Assembly (NCBI RefSeq): GCF_000485595.1
Contig: NW_014577067.1
Span: 530,941 to 558,308, forward strand
Length of the DNA stretch: 27,368 nt
Reading direction: 5' to 3'
Source: Priapulus caudatus
Taxonomy: Eukaryota
This document shows positions 1-22,401 of the stretch, piece by piece. The stretch's first letter is position 1, and the number at the start of each line of letters is the position of its first letter. Below the pieces are notes generated by a model. The model was not told the DNA's origin, searched no databases, and was given only the letters and a program-made list of their open reading frames with translations. A program made the translations under genes and the position numbers.

Positions 1-12488
<12,488 letters not shown>

Positions 12489-12884
12489 TATGAAAAGGTG
12501 ACTGTTATCCTATCAAATAGAAAAATAAACACACAGTACGTTATTATAATATTATAATTATGTATTGCTGGCATCCTACTCGGACTCCGGAGTCCTACTC
12601 CTACTAGTTTGGGAAAAAATGAGTTCCTATCTAAACACTCGTTGGACGCCAAGCTTCTATACAATTACAAGTATCTTACAGCTGAATAAGATAAGATAAG
12701 ATAAGATCACGTTCTGGTTGAGGTTGACACTGATCTCACATGCGGTCAGATTCTCACCGCATGCAACTATTCTTTTCGTTTTGTGTGTGGGATTAGATTG
12801 AGATAATGCAAAAACTCACAACATGCCGCGATAAATAATAGTTCAAATAATATTTATGTAGATGGCACCAGGCTATGCACCAGT

Positions 12885-12971
12885 TAGACTGGTACTCGCT
12901 CCCACCTCGATTACTCGATGGGTGATCCTAAGCCGAGGGGTGGGACCGGGTAGTCGGCGGGTACTAGTCTA
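12885..12971. mobile_element. Tiny palindromic element (TAGAC...GTCTA family)
   Basis: TAGACTGGTACTCGC / GCGGGTACTAGTCTA ends, inner stem TCCCACC/GGTGGGA; 9-bp flanks TGCACCAGT / TGCAACAGC (7/9). Confidence 0.65.
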
Positions 12972-13228
12972 TGCAACAGCGTACCAAGCTTGGTCGACAC
13001 TAAAATCGGAAATCCGATCCGGCCAACTCGGATACATACATGCACAAAATTAGTAAAAAAAATTGTTGTATCTATACAAATTTGTTAAACACATAATAAA
13101 ATTGTTATATCGTTATTAGTTTGTTTGTCAGAATGATTATTGCTAGATGGGTTAATCAAAAACAATTTTGAAAGCACTGTAAGAGTGCCTTTCCGTGTCT
13201 GATATTACATTTCCAGCGAGAACGATTG

Positions 13229-13293
13229 TAGACTGGTACCGTGGTCATTTTGTACATTCTACCACTATATTTAAAATACAGTGAACCCGTCTA
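13229..13293. mobile_element. Tiny palindromic element (TAGAC...GTCTA family), degenerate
   Basis: TAGACTGGT / ACCCGTCTA ends; 9-bp flanks GAACGATTG / GACCGTTTG (7/9). Confidence 0.5.
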
Positions 13294-13575
13294 GACCGTT
13301 TGCCATTTATTTCAATATGGCTGTGGTTTTCTTATTTCATTGACGGTATTTACGCGTTTTCCATATAAAGACGTATTTCCGTTATGATGATGTAATTGGC
13401 AATACGTGTAGGGGTATGTATGACTTTGGATACAGTAGTTTACGAGTAATTCGTTTGAAATGATTAATTGCGTGCATGTGAAGCAGACCAATACTTGTGA
13501 GTTGTGTAAAACTGTACCCAGGGCCAGGCACATTGCCATAAGCCTTATCGCCAATCGGAACAGCAATGCGTCATG

Positions 13576-14124
13576 GGATAGGAAAAGGGGCATTACTAGC
13601 GCCGCCGCCGCCACGAGCGGTTAGCAGCCGGCTGCACGCACGTCAGTATGCATGCGCGATACCGTTCGCATATATTTGGTAATTAATTAGACTAATCGTG
13701 CTTCAACAAACTGAAAATTTACAGAGATTATAGCTAAGACATGTGTCTATATTCATCTAAATTTCTAGAAATGTAACTCAACTCGTTAGCCAGATATGAT
13801 AGTTAGTATCCTTTCCTATCACCCAAGCCGTGCGTATAGCCGGTGCACGCAATAGGCGCCTATGCGCGATACCGTTCGCATATATTTGGTAATTAATTAG
13901 ACTAATCGTGCTTCAACAAACTGAAAATTAACAGACATTATAGCTAAGACATTTGTCTATATTCCTTATGATTTCCAGAAATGTAACTCAACTCCTTTGG
14001 AAGATATAATAGTTAGTATCCTTTTCTATCACCCAAGCCGTGCGTATAGCCGGTGCACGCAATAGGCAGGCACCTTGCCATTGGGCCTGGCTTGGTTTTA
14101 TCGGGACCCATATTGCTTCTATCC
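13576..14124. mobile_element. Non-autonomous element with GGATAG...CTATCC ends, carrying the 210-bp tandem repeat
   Basis: Left end GGATAGGAAAAGGGG, right end GGGACCCATATTGCTTCTATCC; same end type as 14156-14788. Superfamily uncertain. Confidence 0.45.
13652..14067 (+). repeat. 210-bp tandem repeat, about 2 units
   Basis: ATGCGCGATACCGTTCGCATATATTTGGTAATTAATTAGACTAATCGTGC starts at 13652 and again at 13862. Confidence 0.93.
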
Positions 14125-14155
14125 GTTACGTAATCAGTGCAAAAACAAGGTTCAC

Positions 14156-14788
14156 GGATAGGAACATGCGGGGTCCACAATAAAAACCAATGTGTTTTAA
14201 TAATATAAAATAACTATTTTCATAGGCCAGGCGTTCTCCCCAGGATGAATTCAAATCAGGGGGAGAGAGGGAGGTAAGGGGGGGGGGAACTAGGGGGTCC
14301 GGGGGCGTGTTTTTTACCGCTACACTAATTAATGCGCTAATCTTCACACAACCAATAGACGGCTATTTTGGGGTTCTTGTATTATAGATAGCCGAGTCGG
14401 TGTACAAGTTAGTGTTAGGTGTAGGACAGGTTGACTGTATTGATTTCTTGTGTATTGTCTACAGTGCTGCGATTGGCACGCGTGAAAAATACACGCGACC
14501 GGGTGTCTGGTTGAATGGGAATTCTTGACGATCGATTTCCCTCGCTGGAAACTTTTTATTGTGGTGGAATTTTAATACGGGGCGGAGTAATTTAAAGCGG
14601 TGCCGCAACAATGAAACCGGCGGGGTTTCCCAAATGGCATGCGCCTGCGCGCCCCGTTTGCGCAACGTAGGGGACCCTCGCTAATAGGTTAGGGGTTTAT
14701 GCGTATAGGTTAGGGGAGATGAGAGACTTAGGGTTTAGGGTTAGGCAGAATTGCCATTGGTTTGACTTGGGACCCATGTTCTCTATCC
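14156..14788. mobile_element. Non-autonomous element with GGATAG...CTATCC ends and TTAGGG-like subterminal repeats
   Basis: Imperfect inverted ends GGATAGGAACATGCGGGGTCC / GGACCCATGTTCTCTATCC; TTAGGGTTTAGGGTTAGG at 14728-14745. Confidence 0.55.
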
Positions 14789-15086
14789 TTGGGCCTAAGT
14801 TCTCATTCTGGAGCGAGACCACATCATGAACATCAGGCCTCGATAGCCAGCGGGGGTCGGGGGTTCGATATTAACGAACCCCGTCGAGTCCCCTTTCTCC
14901 CCAAGCAAAAATTTTTTTTTTTTTTTGAAAATTTGCCAAGAATTTACCTAGGTCAGCTAATTTTAGTGTTATATTGGCAAATCTCCCATCGTGCGCGGAG
15001 GGTGAACAGTTTTAACACCCCCCTACCGAACCCACCCTCCCCCGCTCGGGTCGCTTGGCTCCTCGCCTGAGTGCTGTGGACGAGCG

Positions 15087-15307
15087 AGGGGCGTGGTACA
15101 GGCGGGGGTCCAGGAGTCCGAACCCCCCTTGCTCGCGCAGAAACGCACTGAGGGGTGTAATTTTAAAACTTTTCTGGGGAGGGCCCCGCAACCCGCCCTT
15201 CGCGTAGCGTCGCAACTATGGGTGCCGGATGAGGTGAGACCTAATGCTTTTTGTTCGTTTACGTGTGTAGACCCCCCATGCGCTTACAAATCCGTGTACA
15301 CGCCGTG
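15087..15307. mobile_element. Possible nested GC-rich MITE
   Basis: Inverted ends GGCGTGGTACA / TGTACACGCC with G-run and C-run subtermini. Confidence 0.4.
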
Positions 15308-15341
15308 TGCGAGCAATTTGCAACATTGGAAATAACGACCA

Positions 15342-15366
15342 NNNNNNNNNNNNNNNNNNNNNNNNN
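15342..15366. other. Assembly gap (25 N)
   Basis: Run of 25 n characters. Confidence 0.99.
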
Positions 15367-15372
15367 CGGCCT

Positions 15373-15942
15373 ATGGCGGATTAGCCGTTCGCATATATTT
15401 GGTAATTAATTAGACTATCGTGCTTCCACAAACTGAAAATTAACAGACATTATAGCTAAGACATTGTCTATTTCCTATTGATTTCATAAATGTAACTCAA
15501 CTCGCCTTTGCGAAGATATAATGTTAGTATCCTTTTCTATTCACCCAAGCCGTCGTAATAGCCGGTGCACGCAATAGGCGCTATGCGCGATACCGTTCGC
15601 ATATATTTTGGTAATTAATTAGACTAATGGTGCTTCAACAACTGAAAATTAACAGACATTATGCTAAGACATTTGTCTATTATTCCTTATGATTTCCAAA
15701 ATGTAACTCAACTCCTTTGGAAGATATAATAGTTAGTATCTTTTCTATCACCCAAAGCGTGCGTATAGCGCGTGCCGCAATAGGCGCTGATGCGCGATAC
15801 CGTTCGGCATATATTTGGTAATTAATTAGACTATAGTGCTTCAAAACTGAAAATTAACAGACATTATAGCTATGACATTTTGTCTATATTCCTTATGAAT
15901 TTTAGAAATGTAACTCAACTCGTTTGCAGACGATATAATAGA
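15373..15942 (+). repeat. 210-bp tandem repeat, about 2.7 indel-rich units
   Basis: Same unit as 13652-14067, restarting near 15373, 15583 and 15790, with many single-base indels. Confidence 0.9.
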
Positions 15943-17062
15943 ACCCCCCCCAATAGAAAGCTGGCTACGGGCCTGAACATGATCATGAAGTTGATGAATA
16001 TAAACCGTGAAGGTAAATCCAAATCGTTCGGTCAATGGGCAACTGAACTCAAGAGACAGCCACTCAAGTGTAAGTTCTGCGATAAAATAAACATTTGATT
16101 CATGACAAAATGCCGTCGTGAGTCATGATTAGAATTGTCCCTCTGAGTCACGCCAATAAAAGCTTTTGCCTTTAGATCTGTGCCGCACGGCAGAGGTCGG
16201 CAATTTACAGATTAATTAGCCGCGCTAACTGTCTCACAGCAGGTTAAATTTAATATGCAGGAAAGGACACTGGCAAGATCAAAACTGCTGTCGTCACACG
16301 TCTGAGAATGCACAAACAATGCAAGTAGCAGATAAGAGCAGATCAGTCATGTTTATTACAGAAGAAATACTGTATAGCCTTCGTATCTACTATTTAGATA
16401 AAAATCACCAGTTCGAAAAGGAACTAGTCACTACATGCTTCGCCTGTGAGAAGCTTAACCAGTATATTTACGACAATAAAGCGGAGATTCAATCAGATCA
16501 CCATCCATTAGAGTCAATACTAAAGAAACTCGTAGCTAAAGCCTCACCCAGACTGCAACACAAGATTTAGCTTCAGTGTTACAATTCCACTGTGCAATAC
16601 ATCCGAGGTAAGTTCGTGTATGTAGCTTGCACGTTCTCCGGAGTGAAAATGAAAGGTGATCCAAGCTGCGGTGCACCTGATGGCATTGAGGTGACAGTTC
16701 ACAGCTTACTAACTAGCCTAGCTGCTACTCCAGACAAAAGAAGATTCAAGTGACTACAGCTGAGAATTATACGGTGTAGCAGCTGCCGCGTTCCATTCTA
16801 CGAGGATGCCCCTGCAAAGAAAGATGAAGCCCCATTAGATGTCCGGACAGACTGAGACACGAGAGATGGGGACAACACGTCACTGAGGGAGATTATTTTC
16901 CTAGGAGACTGTATAGTAGTGCTGTCTAAGGTTCATGCAGACATACTAAGTCACGTTTGTGAAAGCCACCCTGGTGCTAACAATTGTACGTCGTTTACCG
17001 GGTAAGTTCTGTACTGTCCTGGAATGCCATCGGACATAGAGATGATTGTCAGTAAGTGCCCA

Positions 17063-17413
17063 AGCCATAATAAAATATTGTTTTGTTTGCCCTCACTCGA
17101 CCGACCCGCCAAAAAGGGGCCAACTCAAATTTTGTTATAGATCTTTCCCATTCTTTGTTTTTATAAATTGTTTCACTGTACATTATATAAATCTGTAGGC
17201 AATACATTATATATATATATGTGTACCAAGCAAAACAAACATTCAACATAAAACTGAAGGTATCTTCACACAAGCACACCCCAGCATGTAGACACCATGC
17301 TGAATTTGTAAAAAGACCCCCCTCAAAAAAAGAAAAAAGCCTACCTACCTACCTACCCAAACTTTTCAGCCTGGGTCAGTTGAGGGCAAACAAAGATTTT
17401 TTTAATTGTGGCC
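17063..17413. mobile_element. 351-bp MITE with a 3-bp TSD (PIF/Harbinger-like) inserted in the Gypsy integrase
   Basis: Imperfect ~40-bp TIRs with shared core TTTGTTTGCCCTCA; CCA duplicated at 17060-62 and 17414-16; removal restores AAG TGC CCA ACA (K-C-P-T). Confidence 0.85.
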
Positions 17414-18222
17414 CCAACATGGAAAAAGTTTTGCCCTAGCAGCCAGGGGGAGCCACTGATACTATACACGCGGTACCAGACACGCAATAGCAGCAGATCA
17501 GGGCCGATATCATGATGTTAGCAAACTATCGATATCAAACTATTACTCCAACTACCAAGAGATTTCGCATCTGGACAGCAAAGCAGCTGAAAGGGTGGTC
17601 ATTTACTTAAAATCAATATTTGGCAGGCACTGCATTTCTGAAGTGATGAACATGGATATCATGCCATTTGAAAGTCTAGCCTTCACGTTGTTTGACAGGG
17701 AACGGGGCATCACCCCGGGGACATCTAGTCCTCATTACCCGCAGTCAAATGACCAAAGCGATGCAGACCATGAAGAAGAATTTGAAGAAAGCTACCAAAG
17801 AGGGGATAGATTCGTACATAGCTTTGAGGGAGTATCGTAATACACCAGTCTCAGGGATGAATTTTTCTCCAGCTCAGATGATTATGAGCAGAGCTTTGCA
17901 CTCCAAGCTTCGTGCTCTACCACAGCAGTTGGAGCCAGTAGTGGTGTAACCTACGTGTTAGCTACATAGACGCCAGTAGAGGTACAAAGAGGAGTACGAC
18001 AAGAAAGCTAAGGAGCTGCGACAGTTGGTGTCAGGTTGAGCCTGTTGGACTACTGTGCAAAGGAACATTCATGACAACCTGCAACTGTGAAGGCCAGGGA
18101 TGAGCACCTGTGATCCTACATAGTCCTAGTCAATCAGAATAGGAAAAGCTACAGGAGGAATCGTGAGCATTTGTGTGAAGGAAACTGAGATTCCCAAGGA
18201 GTCACAGGCCCCTATTGATATG

Positions 18223-18225
18223 TTA

Positions 18226-18259
<34 letters not shown>
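18223..18259. repeat. (ATT)n microsatellite
   Basis: Direct trinucleotide run. Confidence 0.9.
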
Positions 18260-18261
<2 letters not shown>

Positions 18262-18698
18262 GTGTTACCTTGAGTAGACATGCCAGATGATCATGGTATC
18301 ATATGGGATAGGAACTAGAGCAGGAACAGCCAGATATTGAAGACCCTGTGAAGCCATTCCTCACCATCCACCAGGGAAGAGCGATAAAGCCTCCTAATAG
18401 ATACGATGATTTTGTGTGAATTTACTGTATGTACTAGTACTATGAGCATGTACTAGTAACCCATGTGCAAGTCAAAGACCACAGTTGATTGTTTTATGTT
18501 GAAGTATCTACTTTTAAGTTAAACTAGTTTATTTCACTTCGAAGTTGTTATGATGCTCACGTGACTTGTTTAAAGTCGTAAATCTCAAAGAAAATGTCAG
18601 ATTGATTCAGCTTACACAGCAGTATTGCACATATTGCCGCATGTCGATATTTTCACTATTTAGATCTGTTTTTGGTTACATAAAAGTGTAAAGAAAGG

Positions 18699-18891
18699 TG
18701 TCACATATTAAGCAATATACGCTCTCATGTGGTGCCATCTAACGGCCAATGATGCAAAGTTCAGCTAAAGAGCGTGTAATAAAGGACATCATTCCACCAT
18801 GCTCGATTTCTATAAGTGCATGCTACATTCTTCTCTTTTCTTTGCATGGTAATACGCAACGTATGTCATATGATACTCAGGCTATATGACA
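18699..18891 (+). repeat. 3' LTR (193 bp) of the Gypsy element
   Basis: Follows a short purine tract AAAGAAAGG (18690-98); ends TGTCACAT...ATATGACA; internal AATAAA at 18778. No second LTR is available to confirm it. Confidence 0.75.
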
Positions 18892-18898
18892 TACTGTA

Positions 18899-18927
18899 GC
18901 TAACTACCCGATAATATAATTTTTCAG
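18899..18927 (+). promoter_or_regulatory. Branch point and 3' splice site upstream of the SNRPC coding exon
   Basis: GCTAAC at 18899-18904 and TTTTTCAG ending at 18927, 64 nt before the ATG. Confidence 0.6.
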
Positions 18928-18991
18928 ATATCAAGATTGATTTGCAACACGTAAATCGGGTAAATCAGCACGCATCACCACAAGCGTAAAC

Positions 18992-19480
18992 ATGCCAAAG
19001 TACTACTGTGACTACTGCGACACGTACCTGACGCACGACTCGCCGTCGGTGCGCAAGACGCACTGCAGCGGCCGCAAGCACAAGGACAACGTGCGCATCT
19101 ACTACCAGAACTGGATGGAGGAGCAAGCGCAGAGCCTCATTGATGCGACGACGGCCGCCTTCAAGGCCGGCAAGATCCAGAGCAATCCATTCCAGGGACA
19201 GCCGGGTCCTGGCGGAGCGATGATCCCGCCCCCGCCCAGCATAGGACAGGTGCGCTCTGAGGGAGGAGGACCGGGCGGGCCGCACCCGCCCATCATGGGC
19301 ATGGGACCAGGCGGCCCGATGATGGGCGGCCCGATGGGTGCACCGATTGGCATGGGGCCCGCCGGCCCTGTGCCGTTGCTGGGGCCTGGAGGGATGCGGC
19401 CGATGGGACCGATGGGGCCGATGGGATCGATGCCAGGCATGATGGCGATACGAATGAATGGCCCAGGCCCGAGGAACTGA
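18992..19480 (+). CDS. SNRPC: U1 small nuclear ribonucleoprotein C (U1-C), 162 aa, single coding exon
   Basis: [51 protein letters not shown] is the U1-C matrin-type zinc finger, followed by the Pro/Gly/Met-rich tail; intact ORF, AAACATG start context. Confidence 0.98.
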   Translation: MPKYYCDYCDTYLTHDSPSVRKTHCSGRKHKDNVRIYYQNWMEEQAQSLIDATTAAFKAGKIQSNPFQGQPGPGGAMIPPPPSIGQVRSEGGGPGGPHPPIMGMGPGGPMMGGPMGAPIGMGPAGPVPLLGPGGMRPMGPMGPMGSMPGMMAIRMNGPGPRN

Positions 19481-19711
19481 TGTAACATCGACGTACGATA
19501 GGACTGTCCGTGTGTCCGTGTGTGTATGTGTGCGTGGATCGGTGTGGTGAATAATGTTTCAATGTGTAATTCATCTGATGAGTTTCATGTATTAGTCAAA
19601 CCTATTTTGATGTTTCTGGAATGATGTTTTTGCGTGCCATGCATTTATTCTAGTTTGGTCATTCCCACAAATATAAGAAATACAGTATTGTATTAATTGT
19701 GCTATAAACAT

Positions 19712-20049
19712 TAGGGGTGTAACGATACATTTTGTTTCGGTTCGGTTCGGTTCGGTTTTTGGTTTTTGCTCTTTCGGTTCAGTTCATTCGGTTCGGTTAT
19801 TTTCAGTAGTAAAAATGCTGAGAAGATGGGGAAATTTTCCCTCCATTTTGAATTATTTTATAGGGACGGGGCTTGGCGTAAGTGCTGAGCTGTTTGCTCG
19901 CCGTGTGCGCCCCCCTAACTGAGAGTTGGTTGAATGTATTTTGCGGAACCGAACCGAGAACCGAAACAAAAAAAACAAAACCAAAAACCGAACCGAACGG
20001 GATGTACCGCCGCGATACAGTTGAATCGCGGTTAATCGTTACACCCCTA
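19712..20049. mobile_element. hAT MITE (338 bp)
   Basis: Perfect 15-bp TIR TAGGGGTGTAACGAT / ATCGTTACACCCCTA; perfect 8-bp TSD ATAAACAT (19704-11, 20050-57); subterminal (TTCGG)n and (CCGAA)n. Confidence 0.93.
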
Positions 20050-21387
20050 ATAAACATGTACTTGATAGACACCAGTGCTAAAACTTTTTAGTCATATTTT
20101 TATTTTAGTCTCATTGAAACTTTTTGGTTTCTCTAGTTGTCAGTTGTTAGTTTAGCACAGAGAAGTGGTAAATTATCACCCAAAGATTTTGACTTCGATT
20201 TTATTTTGTTTCCACGTATAGCACTCTGTTAATTGTTCCCATTATACATTTATGTGTACAACAAATATAATAGTGCAATTTTCCATTGAGACGTGATGTT
20301 CTCAAAACCAAGTATGTTGTCGAGATAATTAGCACTTTAGTGATTTTAATACAGAGAGTTAAATATAGAAACACTTTGTTTTTCTTTGACTGTTAGGTTG
20401 GTCTGAACTACATTTATTGCGCTTTAATTCAAACGTAAATAAAAATTTGATGGCTGATGGTTTTTGTATGCACATGTAGAGCCACACACATTAATACAAG
20501 GTTGTTCCCTGCAGAGCCGTAAGTGCCAGCTTCTGCAAATACAAATGGATTTTTAAACAGAACATACATAGATATTGCCTATCGTCATCAGCCACCCACG
20601 TGTGTGCGAGTGTATTTAAGCACGTGTTCTCAAGTACAGGCAAAAAACACGAGTACAGCTGTAACTACGATGATCAGCACTAGCAACATCATCACGGGCT
20701 CCATGGCGATCTGTTGATCGGACTTAAAATATATCCCGTCGTTACAGTTTCAGCTGGTGGCTTCAGTCGGCTCACTAATGGTCAGCTTGGCCAGCTGCCC
20801 GTGCGGTAATCACCAGCTGTTTGCTTCAGCTTGGCGGAGCAGCGCGTGCTGTGGGTCACTGGTGAGTGTTCTCTAGCAGGCTGCCTCGAGGGAATCTGCG
20901 CACTCACGCCAGCATTGCTGCTTCCTCGGAAATTTAACTCTGCGCGCGAGACTTTCGCGGCTGCGGTTTCCCTACAGTAGATGCAGACGAAGAATCGCAG
21001 CATAAGTACGCGAACGTAGGCTTATTCGTGGAAGCGGAATAATCATGCGCTTTGCGTGTAATCGCATAATCGAATAAAGGCGCGCTCGTCGATAATGCCA
21101 TTGGTTTAATCGAGCGTTCATAGTTTATCCAACGTTCATCGGTCGCTTTACAACGTCAGTGTGGGAATCTTCACACGGCGAGCTGCTGCCGCTGTACTGG
21201 CCGACACGTAGCTATGCGGCCAGGCGTCCCGTGAGTCCATGGTCGGTGTCGCACCCTGATGGATATAATCCGGCGCGACCAAACGAGCTTCACATCTGAA
21301 ACACGAATACACATACGTGCACATTATTAATTGAATGGATTTGGTGAACTGCTATCGTGGGGTTATGCATCGGTACATTGTTTCATC

Positions 21388-22401
21388 TTTAGCTCATCTG
21401 ACATAGTCAGATGCAGCTTGTAGAATCGCATGAGCGTACGTCCGTTCGTGCGTCCGTGCGTCAACAGTTGGGCACAAATCTTAACCGCTCGACGTACGAT
21501 CACGATATTCGGGACGTGTGGGGGTAATCCGAAAACGAGTTGGGATGTCGAAGCTGGGGGTCAAAGGGCAAAGGTCAAGAGGTGTAAAAGAAGGGGGAAC
21601 ATTCCCTCTTTAACTTAAGGTATAGGGAGGAAATGCAGAATTGCGGCACAATCTAAACGGCTCGACCTAGGCTCGTGATAGTCGGTGTATAGCATCATGG
21701 TAGGGAAAGCCATCACTGTGCCGAAATTGGAGGTCACAGGTCAAAGGTCAATGGGGCACAGGGCAGATTTTAGACATTTTCTGAGGACATGGTCTGACGG
21801 AGCGATTGAAAAACTTTTTTGTTTCAGCGGTGACCTACCATTTTTATGGCTTTATTGAAATGACCATGAAATGCACTTTCCGCTGACATGCGAAGCGTAA
21901 GTGTCGGATAACCTTTTGACCCTCAAGAGGAGGGTTAAACATTGATTTGTTGACGGTTAACAAAGGACTGAACTGCTTTTGCTATTATTAGAGCCCATAC
22001 CTGAATGTGAGGCTACAGTTGCACAGTTGAATTGGAAAGGCAAATGTTTGTTGAACAAGGTTTACGCTCCTTAAATCATATTATTTTCTAAAGCAGTCTG
22101 ACTATAGCACCCTGAAGGCTGAATCAGTGAATGCTCGCGTGGGTAGGCAAAAACACGGGGCAGCCCATGGCTGGCACGCTTCTAATAATAATTGTTGCCT
22201 GCCAACCTGCAATGCACATGTGTCTGCAATGCATAGAGATTAGGTGGGTGCGAAAGTGTAGCTGATATATTTGTTCGAATTGGCTACGAAAGTCAACAAG
22301 AATAAAGAAGACTTATGTATAAGACGTCTTGCTATGCACAAATGAATTTATCAGCAGAACACCAGACACCAGATGAGCCCTGTCGCACTGCGGCACTTGT
22401 T
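21388..22401 (+). mobile_element. Non-autonomous Helentron/DINE-1-like element (HINE)
   Basis: 5' TTTAGCTCATCTG with nearby inverted CAGATGCAGCT; (CGTC/CGTG)n microsatellite; two ~174-bp core repeats containing AAAGGTCAA; 3' subTIR CAGATGAGC (22370-78), hairpin TGTCGCA-C-TGCGGCA and terminal CTTGTT. Confidence 0.82.

Larger units (their letters stand above)
14834..15975. mobile_element. hAT-like TIR pair spanning the assembly gap
   Basis: CAGGCCTCGATAGCCAG on the left versus reverse complement CAGGCCCGTAGCCAG on the right; AACAT flanks both ends. The interior is unreliable. Confidence 0.5.
16403..18419 (+). pseudogene. Gypsy pol remnant (RNase H and integrase)
   Basis: Motifs as above, broken by stops, frameshifts and a MITE. 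Confidence 0.88.
15976..18891 (+). mobile_element. Decayed Ty3/Gypsy LTR retrotransposon (no 5' LTR seen; RT missing)
   Basis: Gag knuckle remnant CKFCDKINI*FMTKC (16069-16113); DTG at 16266; RNase H EKELVTTCFACEKLNQYIY...SDHHPLESI; integrase Zn region ILSHVCESHPG...YCPGMPSDIEMIVSKC; core LKSIFGRH, TSSPHYPQSN, ALREYRNTP...SPAQMIMSR, RRNREHL; end GRAIKPPNRYDDFV* at 18419. RH-before-IN order is Gypsy-type. Many stops and frameshifts. Confidence 0.92.

Noticed and set aside
12574..12600. 14-bp palindrome GGACTCCGGAGTCC between TCCTACTC repeats
   Set aside because: Real but isolated and intronic; no support for a function.
13120..13500. Possible Gypsy 5' LTR, PBS or gag N-terminus
   Set aside because: No match to the 3' LTR; peptide resemblance is too weak and partly explained by a small palindromic element.
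14728..14745. Interstitial telomere
   Set aside because: Only about three imperfect TTAGGG units, lying subterminally in a TE-like element.
13652..15942. CRISPR-like array
   Set aside because: Units are 210-bp full-length repeats without unique spacers, in a eukaryotic context.
18965..19574. Antisense ORFs overlapping SNRPC
   Set aside because: Shadow frames of a GC-rich CDS.
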